Both the position numbers and the translations under genes were made by a program. From positions 26,536,001 through 26,600,000 of the forward strand of contig NC_043013.1 in assembly GCF_006345805.1 (NCBI RefSeq): a stretch of DNA of 64,000 bases. The letters are read 5' to 3'. The notes below the pieces were generated by a model. That model was not told where the DNA came from. It saw only the letters and a list, made by a program, of their open reading frames with translations, and searched no databases. Positions 26,786-39,208 of the stretch are shown in pieces. Each line of letters starts with the position of its first letter. Positions within the stretch are counted from its first letter, which is position 1. The DNA comes from Octopus sinensis. Its lineage: Eukaryota.

Positions 26786-27264
26786 TCTTTATATATAAAA
26801 GTAAGGTTGTGTGTCTGTCTCCTACGATTTAGATTCCTAACTACTCCCACATTTTGCGGTGCAGTTTATAGTCGTGATTCATATCGAGCCCTTCTGGGTA
26901 TTAGCGCGCGTCTACGATGAGTCTACGGTTTAAAAAAAAATTTACCATCATTTTTTATTCCATTTTAATGCATTTTTCGCTATTATATAAGGGAAGTAAC
27001 TCTTTAAAAATGTCTACGATGAGTCAACGATTAAAAAAAATTACCATCATTTTTTATTCCATTTTAATGCATTTTTCGCTATTATATAAGGGAAGTAACT
27101 CTCTAAAAATGTCTACGATGAGTCAACGATTTAAAAAAAAAATTACCATCATTTTTTATTCCATTTTTAATGCATTTTTTGCTATTTTTTTGCTATAACT
27201 CACTAAAAATGCTTATATAGTTATTTCCCTTACAAACCCGAGCAACGCCGGGCGATACTGCTAG
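26786..27264 (+). mobile_element. Non-autonomous Helitron with ~102-bp internal tandem repeats
   Basis: A|TC start; subterminal hairpin cccgagcaacgccggg; CTAG|T end; about 2.7 repeat units starting near 26911, 27013 and 27114. Confidence 0.8.
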
Positions 27265-27612
27265 TATATATATATATAGGTTATGAGAGGTAATGGTGTC
27301 AGTAAGACCCAAAGGTGTCAGGTAAGTTAAGCTCCAGGTTCAGTGATTATGCTAATAAGGAGTCCAACATAGGTCATATATCAGTGTGTGTGTATATAAA
27401 AAATTTTTTTTCAGAATGAGGTAAAATCCAATAGTATCTAAAATGCTGGCATGGGTTGGATGGTTTGACTGAGGACTGGTGAGCCAGAAGGCTGCACCAG
27501 GCTCAATCTGATCTGGCAAAGTTTCTACAGCTGGATGCCCTTCTTAACACCAACCACTATGTATACATATATAATGTATTTATTCTTTTTTCTTTCTTTT
27601 AATTTTACAGTT

Positions 27613-27901
27613 ATGAGTACTGGCAGAACTGAAATCAACATGGCTACTGGTGAAATTAGTTTCAGGCATTCAGATTTTGCTGTTGTCGTATTCCCTTCTA
27701 TGCCCGAAACTTATCCCACTGATGCCCATATTGAATGTCATTATACAATCACATCTGACTATCAGCCATCAAACAGAGATTGGGTTGGTTTATATAAAGT
27801 TGGCTGGATTTCCTCACACAACTACATCTATTATGAGTGGTGTACCCCTCTCAAGGATTATAAAGCAGGAAAAGAATTTGAAGGCAACATACTCTTTCCA
27901 T
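27613..27901 (+). CDS. TAX1BP1: TAX1BP1/CALCOCO-family receptor, coding exon 1 (SKICH N-part)
   Basis: ttttacag|ttATG; VVF...YP...IECHYT...DWVGLYKVGW...Y..Y.W SKICH signature; phase-1 donor t|gtaagt. Confidence 0.9.
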
Positions 27902-28516
27902 GTAAGTTTCAAAACATTGGTTGTAACTACATACTTACACACTAAATACTAACAATGTCTTATGATATGTAATTTTGTCATTCAATGATTTGAGTTCAAA
28001 TTTCATTAACTTTATCTCTTCCTTCAGGTGACCTGTACCACAAAGAGTAGTAACATGCATGTATATTATTTTAGATGTGTACATGGAGGCACGTAGCCTA
28101 ATGGCTGGAATGTTGGACTTACGGTTGTTAGTTTTGTGGGTTCGATTCCAGACATGCATCCTGTTGCATCATTGAGCAGGGCACTTCATTTCATGTGGTT
28201 CCAACTGACTCAGCTGAAAACGAATACAAGCAGCAGCTGGTCTTGCATTCAGTTTTGTAACATAGTTTCGTAATTTCATTTGCTTAAATGCTTCAGAAAT
28301 TGAGAAAGGCACTAACCTAATAAGCCCGTAAGCTTGAGACAGACTTTAATTTAGCTTAATGTATACATTTATAATACACATATTTTGTGTGTGTGTGTAG
28401 ACAGAGATGTATAATATATCTGTTATACATGTATGTGTGTATATATGTGCATAATATGTGCTTTCACACACATGCACACATATATGAATGCATATTTCGC
28501 ATATGTGTGCATATAT

Positions 28517-28557
<41 letters not shown>

Positions 28558-28874
28558 GGTGTGTTCATGTGCCTTTGAAACGCGGAATAGATGAAACAAG
28601 GACAGCTGATGAAGGAGAATATTCTTTATGTTGCATTTCTCGTTTCTCTGTTTTTTTTTGTTGTTTGAAAAAAAGTTCATTTTCTATGTTTTTGTTTTTA
28701 TGCTTTCGTTTTCTCATGTTCAGCGTTTTTTTTTATGTCCTGTGCCCATATATGCATGTATATATACATATATATGTAGGTATGTACATATATGTATGTA
28801 TATATGCATGTATTTATATATTATTTATATTATATATATTTATATATATATTATATACATTTATATATAAGCAC

Positions 28875-29260
28875 TAGTGTGGTTGTGTAGTGAGACATTT
28901 GCTTCCCAACCACATGATTCCAGGTGGAGTCCCACTGCATGACACCTTGGCCAAGTGTCTTGGCCCAACCAAAGCCTTGTGAGTGGATTTGGTAGACAAA
29001 AAGAAGCCTGTCATGTGTGTTTGTATCTGTGTTTGTGCCCTGCCACTGCTTAACAATCACTGTTAGTACGTTTACATCCCTGTAACTTAGCAGTTTGGCA
29101 AACGAGACCGAGAGAGTAAGTACCAAGCTTTTAAAAAAAATAAGTAAGTACTAGGGTTGATTCCATCATCTAAAAAATTCTTCACGGTGGTGCCCCAGCT
29201 TGGCCACATTCTAATAATTGAAACAGACAAAGGATAAAAGATATATACACATATATATAT
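28875..29260 (+). mobile_element. tRNA-derived SINE
   Basis: tttgcttcccaaccacatgattccagg... body and 3' block as in the 21915 family. Confidence 0.7.
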
Positions 29261-29829
29261 TTAGAAAACATGTACCATTTTCCTGCATGTGAAAAGAAGC
29301 AACAAAAAGCAGTAGGTGTCAGGACAGCCATCTGACTGGAAAACCCTGTTCCAACAAGTCCTTTCCAACCTAAACTAACAATGAAAAGCACATATATAAA
29401 AATGATGATATTAACACTTGTTGTTGTTGTGGCACTCTGTTGGTTATGACGATGAGGGTTCCAGTTGATCCAATCAACAGAACAGCCTGCTCATGAAACT
29501 AACGTGCGAGTGACTGAGCACTCCACAGACATGTGTACCCTTAATGTAGTTCTCGGGGAGATTCAGTGTAACACAGTATGTGACAAGGCTGGCCCTTTGA
29601 AATACAAGTACAATAGAAACAGGAAGCAAGAGTGAGAGAAAGTCTGTGGCAAAAGAGTACAGCAGGGTTCGCCACCACCTCCTGCCGGAGCCTTGTGGAG
29701 CTTTAGGTGTTTTCATTCAATAAACACTCACAACGCCCAGTCTATGAATCAAAACCATGATCCTATGACTATAATTCTGCTGCCCTAATCACTGGGCCAT
29801 TACACCTCCACATATTAACACTAGGTTTC

Positions 29830-29873
<44 letters not shown>

Positions 29874-30120
29874 AATATATGTATAGATTGTTTGAAGTGA
29901 TGTACAGATTCTATATATTAAGAAAAAGGAGGTAGTCAGAATTTTGGATAATTCTTACGGAGACATCTGTAGATTCTGTATGAATGAATGAAACTGCTAA
30001 TAAAGAATTGTCCAAAATTTTGTTTACCTCCTTTTTCTTAATATATATGTGACCGCGTGTGTATCGTTGGCGATTTTTTTTTCCTCCGTCTACCCTTCCT
30101 TGGATCTTTCCTCTTCCTAT

Positions 30121-30155
30121 GTTTCTGACGAAGAGCTACACTCGAAACGTTAAAT
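30121..30155 (+). ncRNA. Minimal type I hammerhead ribozyme-like motif (Penelope-type)
   Basis: GTTT-CTGACGA-A-GAG(ctaca)CTC-GAAA-CGTT-AAAT: palindromic helix III ACGT, GUU triplet, 4-bp helix I. Confidence 0.6.
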
Positions 30156-30311
30156 CCTCCTTCTTTCTTTCCTTTTCTGAGCGTCCAATAACACTATACT
30201 TGTTCCATGTCCTCGCGTTGTTGTGATTTCTCTTTGTGTTTTCATGTTTGGATTAACTTTGTATATATATATATATATATAAATGTGCTTTTTTTTTACA
30301 TCTTTTTGCAG

Positions 30312-30538
30312 CACATCAAATGCCAGGAGATGATGGGGAGTTTTACCAGTTCTGTTATGTTGCATCAACAGGGCAAGTAAAAGGAGCAAGTACACCTTTT
30401 CAATTCAAGAAACCTCGAGCTGATGACTTTGTTGAAATGTTAGACGATGAGAATGATATGTTGGTAATCCATTCCAAAACATTTGTCTTGGAAGACAACC
30501 TGAGGAAAGCAGAGGTGGAGAAAAGTGCACTTTTAGAG
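30312..30538 (+). CDS. TAX1BP1: Coding exon 2 (SKICH C-part and LIR-like region)
   Basis: tttttgcag|; GEFYQFCYV...GASTPFQF...DMLVI; gag|gtgaga; phases match neighbouring exons. Confidence 0.92.
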
Positions 30539-32352
30539 GTGAGAGACATGATCACCTGGATTTAATCATACTTGTGTGTTTTGTGTTGGCAAGATTCAAT
30601 TCAGTGAGAAGCCAAATTGGATTTATAGTGATGGAAGGACCCAAAATATCCACCATTTTTGATAGAGCCCTTCAGGAGAGACATTTGGAAAATTTTTTTA
30701 CATTCAATGTTAAATAATTTTTAGCTCACTATTTAGAGTACATGTTATGTGAAAATGGTTACATTACTTAACATTTTATTTTCTACTTTGTCCATTCCTC
30801 ATTTGCCATTCACATTAGGCAGTGAATTGGTATGGTTATTAGAATGTCAGCTAAAAGACATTTCAGTATTTATCTCAGCTTTCTGCATTTTGAATTCAGA
30901 TCTGGCTAAAGTCTACTCTACTTTCTGGGATTAATGTATAAAGTACCAGTCTAGGGCAATGGACTTGTGAAAACATGAGAGCAATGAATGAAATGCCTTG
31001 TGGTATTTGTTCCAGGTCTTTGCATTCTGAGTTCAAATTTTACTGTAGCCTACTTGTTTGGTAGACTTAAGCCATTGCTCAACATAACACCACCACATAG
31101 GGCTTGAGGTTTCTTTAACAGAGTCCACTTTTTGCAAGCATTAAGGACAGGTTCCTTGGGGGAACTTCAGCCTTCAGAGATCCTCTGTTCAGTCTCAGGT
31201 GAACTTTGTTAAAAAAAAACCTATGACAAGAACGAGCATTCTGTCTGTTACCATTTCATTTTTCATTTCATATGTAAGGGGCTACATCATCCAATGCATC
31301 CTTCCGTATTCAGGACAGTAGGCTGTGATTTGAGAGAGATTTGATTACTATTTGGTTGCCTACTTGGTTGAAACATTAGGGCCAGATTTTCATTTTGAGG
31401 ATGCTTTCCTTCCTCCTTTGTACCAGTCTTGAAACCCCTGAAAAGGCTCATGACTCAGTTTAGTTGAAGTAACTGGAGTAGTTTTCCCACTTGCTAACTT
31501 TGTGAAGTGGGTTGTTAGAGGTAGATAATTAAGGTGATTTCTGTTATTGATTTCATTTTGGAATAGGAAGCAAATTTAGAGGCTTTAAGTACAAGGAATC
31601 TGATTTTAGACCCACTTTGGTTAAGGAGAGGGAGTTAAAAAGATTTGGCAATGTTTGTAGAGATCCTTTTGCGATAAAGCCAGAAAGCTCAACCAAACGT
31701 ATCAAGTATGTGAAAATAATACTCCCCAACTCTATTCATTTTGCCAAACTGTCCTTTATCCAAGACCAGTGGTTTTTCATTAGATATAATCAATCTGGAC
31801 AGCAACACAGCTTTACAACAAAGTCTGTGCTTCTGAGTGTTCAGTTGGCTACATTCATGTCTGATTCACTTGAGTACAATTGATAAGATGTTTCACTATC
31901 TACAGTTAAGGTCAAACTTATGAAGAAAACCTGCTACTGTACGTCTCTTTCCTTCACTATACAATTCATCTAATCATCCTGTTGTCTCGCTTCTTATATC
32001 TCAAAGGTAATGGGAACAGACATAAATAATGATGCTCTACAACAGCTTGAATCTCTCTCTTACATGAACATTCCTCTCTCAGAATGGCTTCCATAAAGTC
32101 TACTAGAGACCTAACATTTTGTATTATTCACCAGTGGACACCATTTGGTGAAAGCAAAGTTGTTGCCCTAGACATTAGCAAAGGTTATGACCATGTCTGA
32201 CATGTGAATCTATCAACTTCTACAAACTTTTTCCATTTATGATCCCTTGGAACAGTAGTTTCATATTAGATCACATCATTGCAAGTGTTTTGACATTTTT
32301 TTGTCCCTTCTTAAAAAAAAACAACCTAATTTATGTTTTTGTTTTCTTTAAG

Positions 32353-32562
32353 AACATTGAAGAATACAAAACAAGAATTTCAACTTTGATGATTAAAGTT
32401 TCCCAACTAGAAAAAGAAACGGATGAAGAACTGAAAAGCAAAATGGCAGTGACTGAAGATCTGAGAACAGCTTGTGTTAAAATCAAGGAGTTAGGAAAGG
32501 AAATTTCTGATGCAGAAGCAAAACTCCAGCAGTTGTCATCAGAGCTTGAGTCTGTTAATGAA
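32353..32562 (+). CDS. TAX1BP1: Coding exon 3 (coiled coil)
   Basis: ttaag|aac...gaa|gtaagt; 210 nt, phase 0-0. Confidence 0.85.
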
Positions 32563-32753
32563 GTAAGTTTGCATTCATTCATCCATCATTGAGAAAATAA
32601 TTCTCTTTCTTCTTGTATTGATTTCTCATAGTAACTGTTGTATAGTCACTTTGGTGTACTGCATAAAGTGTTAAGGGAACTTTATCATAGACAATGCAGC
32701 ACTAGCGATAAGTGCAAAGCCATGACCCTTTGAAGAGAATACCAACACACACA

Positions 32754-32800
<47 letters not shown>

Positions 32801-33148
32801 CTTCAGGGTCTCTATATTTGTTGTTTATTTTACCTCATGTCTGCTCTAATTAAAGAAGTCTATGATAAAAATGGGTGTTCTAGCAGTAACCATTTTGTCA
32901 TTTAGTATGCAAGGGACTACATTGTTCGATGTATCCATCTGTATTTAAGACATTAAGGTGTGATTTGAGAGAGAGAGATGTGGCTATTATTTTTAGTAGA
33001 TCAAGTAGCTTTGAAAAGGCTGCCTCAAAGGGCCCATACCCTGTTTTCAGATTTGTTGGAGTAAGCTATATTTTCTTTCCTCCATTGTCTGGTTGACATT
33101 TTTTGCTATTCATATTGTGATGTTAATTTTTTTTCTATTTATTTAAAG

Positions 33149-33292
33149 CAAAATAGCACACTGAAAGATCAAGTGGACAAACAGAAGCAAGAAATTACTG
33201 ATCTGAACGAAAATGTCAAATTATTACTCAATGAAAAAGATGAAGCAGTTGGCAAATGTAAATTATTGGAAGAAGAAAAAGAAATGTATAAG
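33149..33292 (+). CDS. TAX1BP1: Coding exon 4 (coiled coil)
   Basis: taaag|caa...aag|gtatat; QNSTLKDQVDKQKQEITDLNE...; 144 nt. Confidence 0.8.
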
Positions 33293-33944
33293 GTATATTT
33301 TGAGCATACATCTGTATTTCTGAGATGAATTGTTGCCAAAGCAGTTTGTCCTTTCCTAACTATTACTTTCATTTAAATCTATATAAAAAATTCAAAGTAT
33401 AATCTTTTGATATTTAAAAGTTTGAAATTAAGTTTGAAATTGTTATTGAGACTGGAACTTTTTTAGATTATCAATTTAGTCTTTTGCTCTTATACAGTAT
33501 TTACATTTATAGTATGTTTTTATCAGTTCATTTATCTATTATCATAAGGTGCCTTGTTTCTTGAGCAAATAAAGATGCTATTACCTTTCATGTTGAAATA
33601 AAAGTACCTAGTTTGAAATCAACTTGAGATAATGTATGTATTCAAGAATTAGGTAATTTGATGAGCAAAAAGGCTTCTTTGTTGGTACATCTGTTAGTCG
33701 AAGAATAAAGATAGGGTCTTCTGCTATCTTAAAAGCCCTCTGAAATTGTCCATGTTTGTGAAAAGTAATTAGTTTAGAAATAAAGTTTGTACACTTATAA
33801 ACATCTTGTAACATATGTAAAAGTGGAAAAAGAAAATACTCGTTTGCAAAAATTTCAATATATTACTGCTTTTTTTTTTAATAAAATTTAAATGAAGTGA
33901 ACACTGGATTATTTCTTTATTTGCATTTCTTTTCTAAAATTTAG

Positions 33945-34112
33945 TCTCAGCTCTCTAATCGGGAACAATCTGTATTTGAAACCCAAGAAGAAACAGAAAA
34001 GCTGCGCAAAGCTCTGAAGGACATGGCACTAAGCAAAGATCGATGTCAAAGAGAACTTGATGTATGTAAAAGAAAAGCTCAAATGGAGGACCCATTATTA
34101 ATTTCCAAAAAG
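33945..34112 (+). CDS. TAX1BP1: Coding exon 5 (coiled coil)
   Basis: tttag|tct...aag|gtaaat; 168 nt; alternative in-frame AG 6 nt downstream. Confidence 0.8.
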
Positions 34113-34814
34113 GTAAATGTTTTCATTTAAACAGTTGTATGTAAGTTTGTAATGCACCATCAGAATATCATTGTTGGCAGGTGGCAAGCAAGGAGAATCA
34201 TTAGTTCATGGGACAAAATGCTTAGTAGTATTTCTTCCATCTTCATATTCTGTGTTCAAATTCCGCAAAGGTCAACTTTGCTTTTCATCCTTTTGAGATC
34301 AAGGAAATATATATACCTGTCATCTACTGGTGGAAGTTGATGAAATCAGTAAGCCCTTTTCTCCAAAATTTCAGGACTTGTGCTTAGAGTAGAAAAGGTT
34401 GTTGTTGCTGTTGTTGTTTCTCACAAGATTCAGTGTTTTGTTTGCTCCTGCTCTGTACATTCTGATTTCCTGAGAGAAATTTTCATCTTGATTAGATACC
34501 ACTCTATTCCATGTAGCATCATTACCATATGACAGGGTACCTATTCCAGGTACCTAGAGAAGATTTGAATTCACCAAGCAAATAGTCCTAAACTTATCCA
34601 CATAGTCCCTGTACAACTACAAATGTGAAAGGTCAGAAGGACCTTCTTTACCCTGTTGCAGGTTTGAACTGTGAGGTTGAAGAGCCTTTCTTTATCTTGA
34701 AATCTCTGTCAGTTTTAGTATTTCACTCCATCACTGTATACAGTAGTGAACTGTACTTCCTCATGAAACCTGTTTACAAGGGGTAAAGTGAGCATTTGAG
34801 CATCTTCTGTTATA

Positions 34815-35040
34815 ATAATAATAATAATAATAATGAAATTATTGTATACAGTGCTCAGGTGCACCACAACTTGTCAGAAAGTGCATATAAAGTACATGCA
34901 GCAATGTAGAAATGTCTGGAAAGTGAACATGCTTGTGTGTGTATGGAGGGGAGAAAATCAAGTGTAGTGTTGGCGAATCTTAGGAAGCATGGAAGTTTTG
35001 AAGGATGCAGTGCTCCGGCAACTAACAACCGATGCCGTTG
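34815..35040 (-). mobile_element. 3' end of CR1/L2-like LINE with (ATT)n tail
   Basis: ataataatgaaattattgtatacagtgctcagg..., the same end as 59578; shorter copy at ~42840-42935. Confidence 0.75.
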
Positions 35041-35240
35041 TGGCTATAGAACCTGTGTAGTCAGAGATAGGATAAAACTGTCAACTCTTTGCTTGGGACA
35101 ACATTCTATTATCTAAATCTACAACTTTGATTTGATTTTTTTAAAACTACATAGTGTTGAATATTAAAGTAAGAGGCAATATTATTTTTGTTATTGTCAT
35201 TATTTTCATTGTTTATTCCTTTTCATTTTCAACTCTAAAG

Positions 35241-35378
35241 GAAGAAATTACAAGACTCGGAGAAAAATTGAGAAACTCGGAAGACAAGTTGTCTGCTGCT
35301 GAAAGCACCAAAGAAATGTTGCAAAAAGAACTGTCAGCATATGAAGTGACTCTTGTGAAAATGTCTGCTGATTTGGAA
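35241..35378 (+). CDS. TAX1BP1: Coding exon 6 (coiled coil)
   Basis: ctaaag|gaa...gaa|gtaagt; EEITRLGEKLRNSEDKLSAAE...; 138 nt. Confidence 0.85.
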
Positions 35379-36116
35379 GTAAGTTAAACCTTATGTTGCT
35401 AAATATTTGAAATATGTTGTTATTGAAAAGGTGAGAATTGCTTAGATTCTTTATAGCCTTGGGGATTACACACACACACACACATGCATATGTACATACA
35501 TACATGTGTGTACATGCATGTGCATGATTTGTGTTTTTCTCAAGTTTTGCCTGCTGTTAGATTAGCCACTCAATAACTTTTTTATGTGGCTATGCAGCAT
35601 TTATTAATTTAAGACTACAAAAAAATATTCTTTTCACGTGTACTGAGACATGAATTAAATGTAGAATTTAGTTCTTCTTATTCCATTACAATTTTACTTG
35701 CAATTCTGTTTAATTTCAATGTTTGATAACAAATATTCCTTCCTTTACAAAATCCAATATCAATTTCGTCCGAATGATGGCCTAAAAAAAATCTTTTTCA
35801 TCGTAATTAGAATTCATTAAATTTAAGCTTCCAAAAATCGAGATGAAATGTTCCTTGTCAGGCATGTTTGACTATGTTGTTCAAACATCATCAGAATCAA
35901 GCAGTGTTACTTTCACTTTTTAGTGTACAGTGTATTTGTGTTGTGTTCTTCAGGTTAGCAGTGACATGTTTTGCTTAAAGTTGCAACAAAGGTGCCGAGT
36001 AGTGTGGGGAATTCATAGGTTAAATGTCTCTTCTAGCACCTTCTTACTGTTAAAAAGAATTTATGGCTGACACAATGATTTTTTATTGATTTTTCTCCTT
36101 TTTTTCATTCAATTAG

Positions 36117-36224
36117 ACAGCCAGAGGTGAATCTCTCACCTTGAAGGCACAAATGGATAAAATGGCTAAAGAGTTCCAAGAATTCAAAGTACTTAAAAAG
36201 GAGGAAATTGACAACCTTACAGAG
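36117..36224 (+). CDS. TAX1BP1: Coding exon 7 (coiled coil)
   Basis: aattag|aca...gag|gtaatt; TARGESLTLKAQMDKMAKEF...; 108 nt. Confidence 0.8.
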
Positions 36225-37186
36225 GTAATTTTAGTTATTCCATTCTTCATAGATTTTTATTATTTACTTTTGACAGCATTGTATTTTCCAATTTAAAGAT
36301 TATACTGATAACAATTCAAAACAAATTTTGGATTAACCAATTTCATTTGAAGAACAGCCACAAGTACAGTTCTTCTTCATCATCATTGTCATCATCTTAA
36401 CTTGGGTTGGAAGGAGTTTTTATTGAGGCAGATTTATCTATTGCCAAATGCCTCATTGTTGTCAAACCTTTGCTTTTTTCCAAGCAAAGTAATATTTTCT
36501 TGTGGCCAGACACAATTTCACAGAATATTGAAAATGAACAATACTGCTTATATGACAGTGACATTCAGTTACACCTATCACACTATATCAAGGCAAGCAG
36601 GCACAAACTTAATATGCATGCACACACTGGGATTCTTTCAGTTTCCATCTACCAAATCCACATACAGTGCTTTGGTTGGCCTGGGTCTATAATAGGAGAC
36701 ACTTGCCAAGGTGCCATTGCAGTGGAACTGAACCTGAAACTGTGTGGTTAGGTAGCAAACTTCTTAACCACATAACCACACCTTTTCCTAGCTATGGAAA
36801 GTTGTAAAACTAAAATAATTGTAAATATTTTGGCAGTATTGTGTGGTTTAAGGATCAATGCTTGCTTAGATTTGGCTTCTTGATATTAAGTAGGTAAGAG
36901 AGAAATATTTTCCTAGTTATAAGGTTTTTAAGCTGTGCTTGTTTCTGCCTGTTTAGCCAACTGACTTTGGGATCTGCTTCTACTTGGCATTTGTGTGTTT
37001 TACAGTAAGCTGAATATCCAGCTACAAAAGTACTTAGCCCATTTTTGCTATGGAAAAATGTTTGTAGATTTATTTTAAAAAAAGAATTTTTTTTTCTGTA
37101 TATTTCCTACATTTTAAATTATTGTTTAGAAACAAATCTTTTACGCTTACATGTTTTACTCTTCAATGTGTGTATTTTTCTTTCAG

Positions 37187-37345
37187 GCCAATGAAAACCT
37201 TAAGAAAGAAGCAAGCAATTTATTACCTCCTCAGTCGATATACCACTTGCAGAAAGCACAAGAAACTTTGAAGGAGAGATATGCTAAATTGCATAAACAG
37301 AATCAAGAATTGTCATCACGCAATGAGGAGCTCACTAACAAACTT
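37187..37345 (+). CDS. TAX1BP1: Coding exon 8 (coiled coil)
   Basis: tttcag|gcc...ctt|gtaagt; 159 nt. Confidence 0.85.
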
Positions 37346-37359
37346 GTAAGTATTCATTA

Positions 37360-37400
<41 letters not shown>

Positions 37401-37433
37401 TAAGAAAGTTTGTTTGGTAAAGCATGTGGGTGA

Positions 37434-37827
37434 ATATATAAGAAAATAGTAAAGAGTGAAAAGACGACAGAAGGCTTAAATGTTAAAAAATATATATTTG
37501 TGTCAAAATGTCTGGAGAATATTGGAAAAATTTTTTTCCTCCTTAAAATGACATAATTTTATAATTTTTAAAGAAATACCGGTTTCGCAGTTAGCTCTTC
37601 AAATTTCTTGTGACTTAATGTTTATTTTTAAAAATAAACATTAAGTCACAAGAAATTTGAAGAGCTAACTGCAAAACCGGTATTTCTTTAAAAATTATAA
37701 AATTATGTCGTTTTAAGGAGGAAAAAAATTTTTCCAATATTCTCCAGACATTTTGACGCAAATATATATATTTTTTAACATTTAACCTTCTGTCGTTTTT
37801 TCACTCTTTACTATTTTCTTATATATA
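37434..37827. repeat. Near-perfect loopless palindrome (~195-bp arms) with a hammerhead-like motif in each arm
   Basis: Centre 37629/37630; motif TTGAAGA-GC(taact)GC-GAAA-CCGG-TA on minus strand at 37570-37609, and the same with AAAA on plus strand at 37650-37689. Confidence 0.9.
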
Positions 37828-38228
37828 TATATATATATACATATATGATGAAGGTGTGTGATTTAATGGATAGGATATTTAGCTCATGATTGTAAAGTTT
37901 GATTTCCAGTGGTGTGTTGTCATTGAGCAAGACACTTTATTTCCCATTACTCCAATCCACTTAGCTGGCAAAATTGAGCTGTACCTGTAATTCAAAAGGG
38001 GCCAGCCTTGTCACACTGAATCTCCCTGAGAACTACATTAAGGGTATGTGTGGTTGTAGAGTGGTGAACCATTTGCATGTTAATTTCACAAGTTGGCTAT
38101 TCTATTGATTGGCTCAGCTGGAACACTCATCATTGTAAATACCAGGTTTTCTCATCCATATGCATGTATGTATATATATATATACATATATATATATAAT
38201 CAAAATAAGCAACAAGAATTACTCTGGT

Positions 38229-38319
38229 AATTTGGTACAATCGTTTCGTACTACATAATTTTATTAAATGTTGTAAGTATTACAACAGATTTAAAATGCT
38301 GAGTACTCATCAGCCAATT
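38229..38319 (-). ncRNA. Type I hammerhead ribozyme motif with complete consensus core
   Basis: TTGG-CTGATGA-GTACT...AGTAC-GAAA-CGATTGT-A-CCAA; G10.1-C11.1 intact, GUA site between 38236 and 38235. Confidence 0.75.
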
Positions 38320-39072
38320 ATAGCGGTTTTCCATTAATACAAAAATTTTCATATCAAGTGGCAACATTATGGAGAAGAAGATATATAAACAAAGATGTGG
38401 ATTTAAATTTTAAGAACATTTGAGGTAGTAGAGCCCATCAACTGACTGATTAAGATTTGGTTGTTTCAAATATATATGTGTGTGTGTGTGTATGTATGTA
38501 TGAATATCTCACTGTTTTAGTAGTAACATTGATAATAAATCTGATGTGAAGCAATGATAAACATACTGGATTACATGTCTTATAGTATTTAGTCCACTGT
38601 GGATTCAAATTCAGGATCATCTTCACACTTTGCTCATTTTGAAGGGGTCAGTAAAACATGTAGCTCTCAGGATTTAATTCATTCACCTGTGCCTTACTTC
38701 CACAAAAAAATTGACCTTGTGCATTGAAAAGAAAAAAAGAAACCAATAATTAATAAATCCAAAAACACTGAGAGGGATGTTGTTGGGCCTGAGAAATATT
38801 TGTGTGACAATGGCTGTAGGTCTTAATAACAAACTTTGCACTGTTAAGTGTGCACTAAAAATATCAGATGTTTGCTCACTGTGAAATATCAGCTGTTGAG
38901 AAGCAACTCTTACCATGGATTGGACACCAGTCTATGAAGGTTTATGCGTTTGATTTCAATGTTTGAATTTATCTGCACTCTCCCAACTCCTTCCCCAATA
39001 ATCTACTGTAAATTTTGATTATTGTCTTGATGATAGTTTGGTTAATGTTATTTATTATTCATTTTTGTGCAG

Positions 39073-39208
39073 TCTTCTTTAAATATACAGAGCAGAGAAC
39101 TTATGAATGAACGTGAAGGATGGCAACTTCGAGTTAAAAAGTGTTCTGAAGAATACAAGAAGTTATATTCAGAAAACCAAAAGAACATAAAGAAAATTGA
39201 GAAATTAA
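39073..39208 (+). CDS. TAX1BP1: Coding exon 9 (coiled coil)
   Basis: gtgcag|tct...ttaa|gtaagt, phase 1; alternative in-frame AG 18 nt downstream. Confidence 0.8.

Noticed and set aside
26911-27180. Regularly spaced repeats
   Set aside because: Contiguous tandem units with no unique spacers in a eukaryotic Helitron; not CRISPR
26476-27198. ORFs of 118 aa and 93 aa
   Set aside because: Lie within Helitron sequence and its tandem repeat; no recognisable domain
28575-28615. GAAACGCG...CTGATGAAGG, a type II-like order (similar at ~49625 and ~51846)
   Set aside because: No convincing helix I or NUH site
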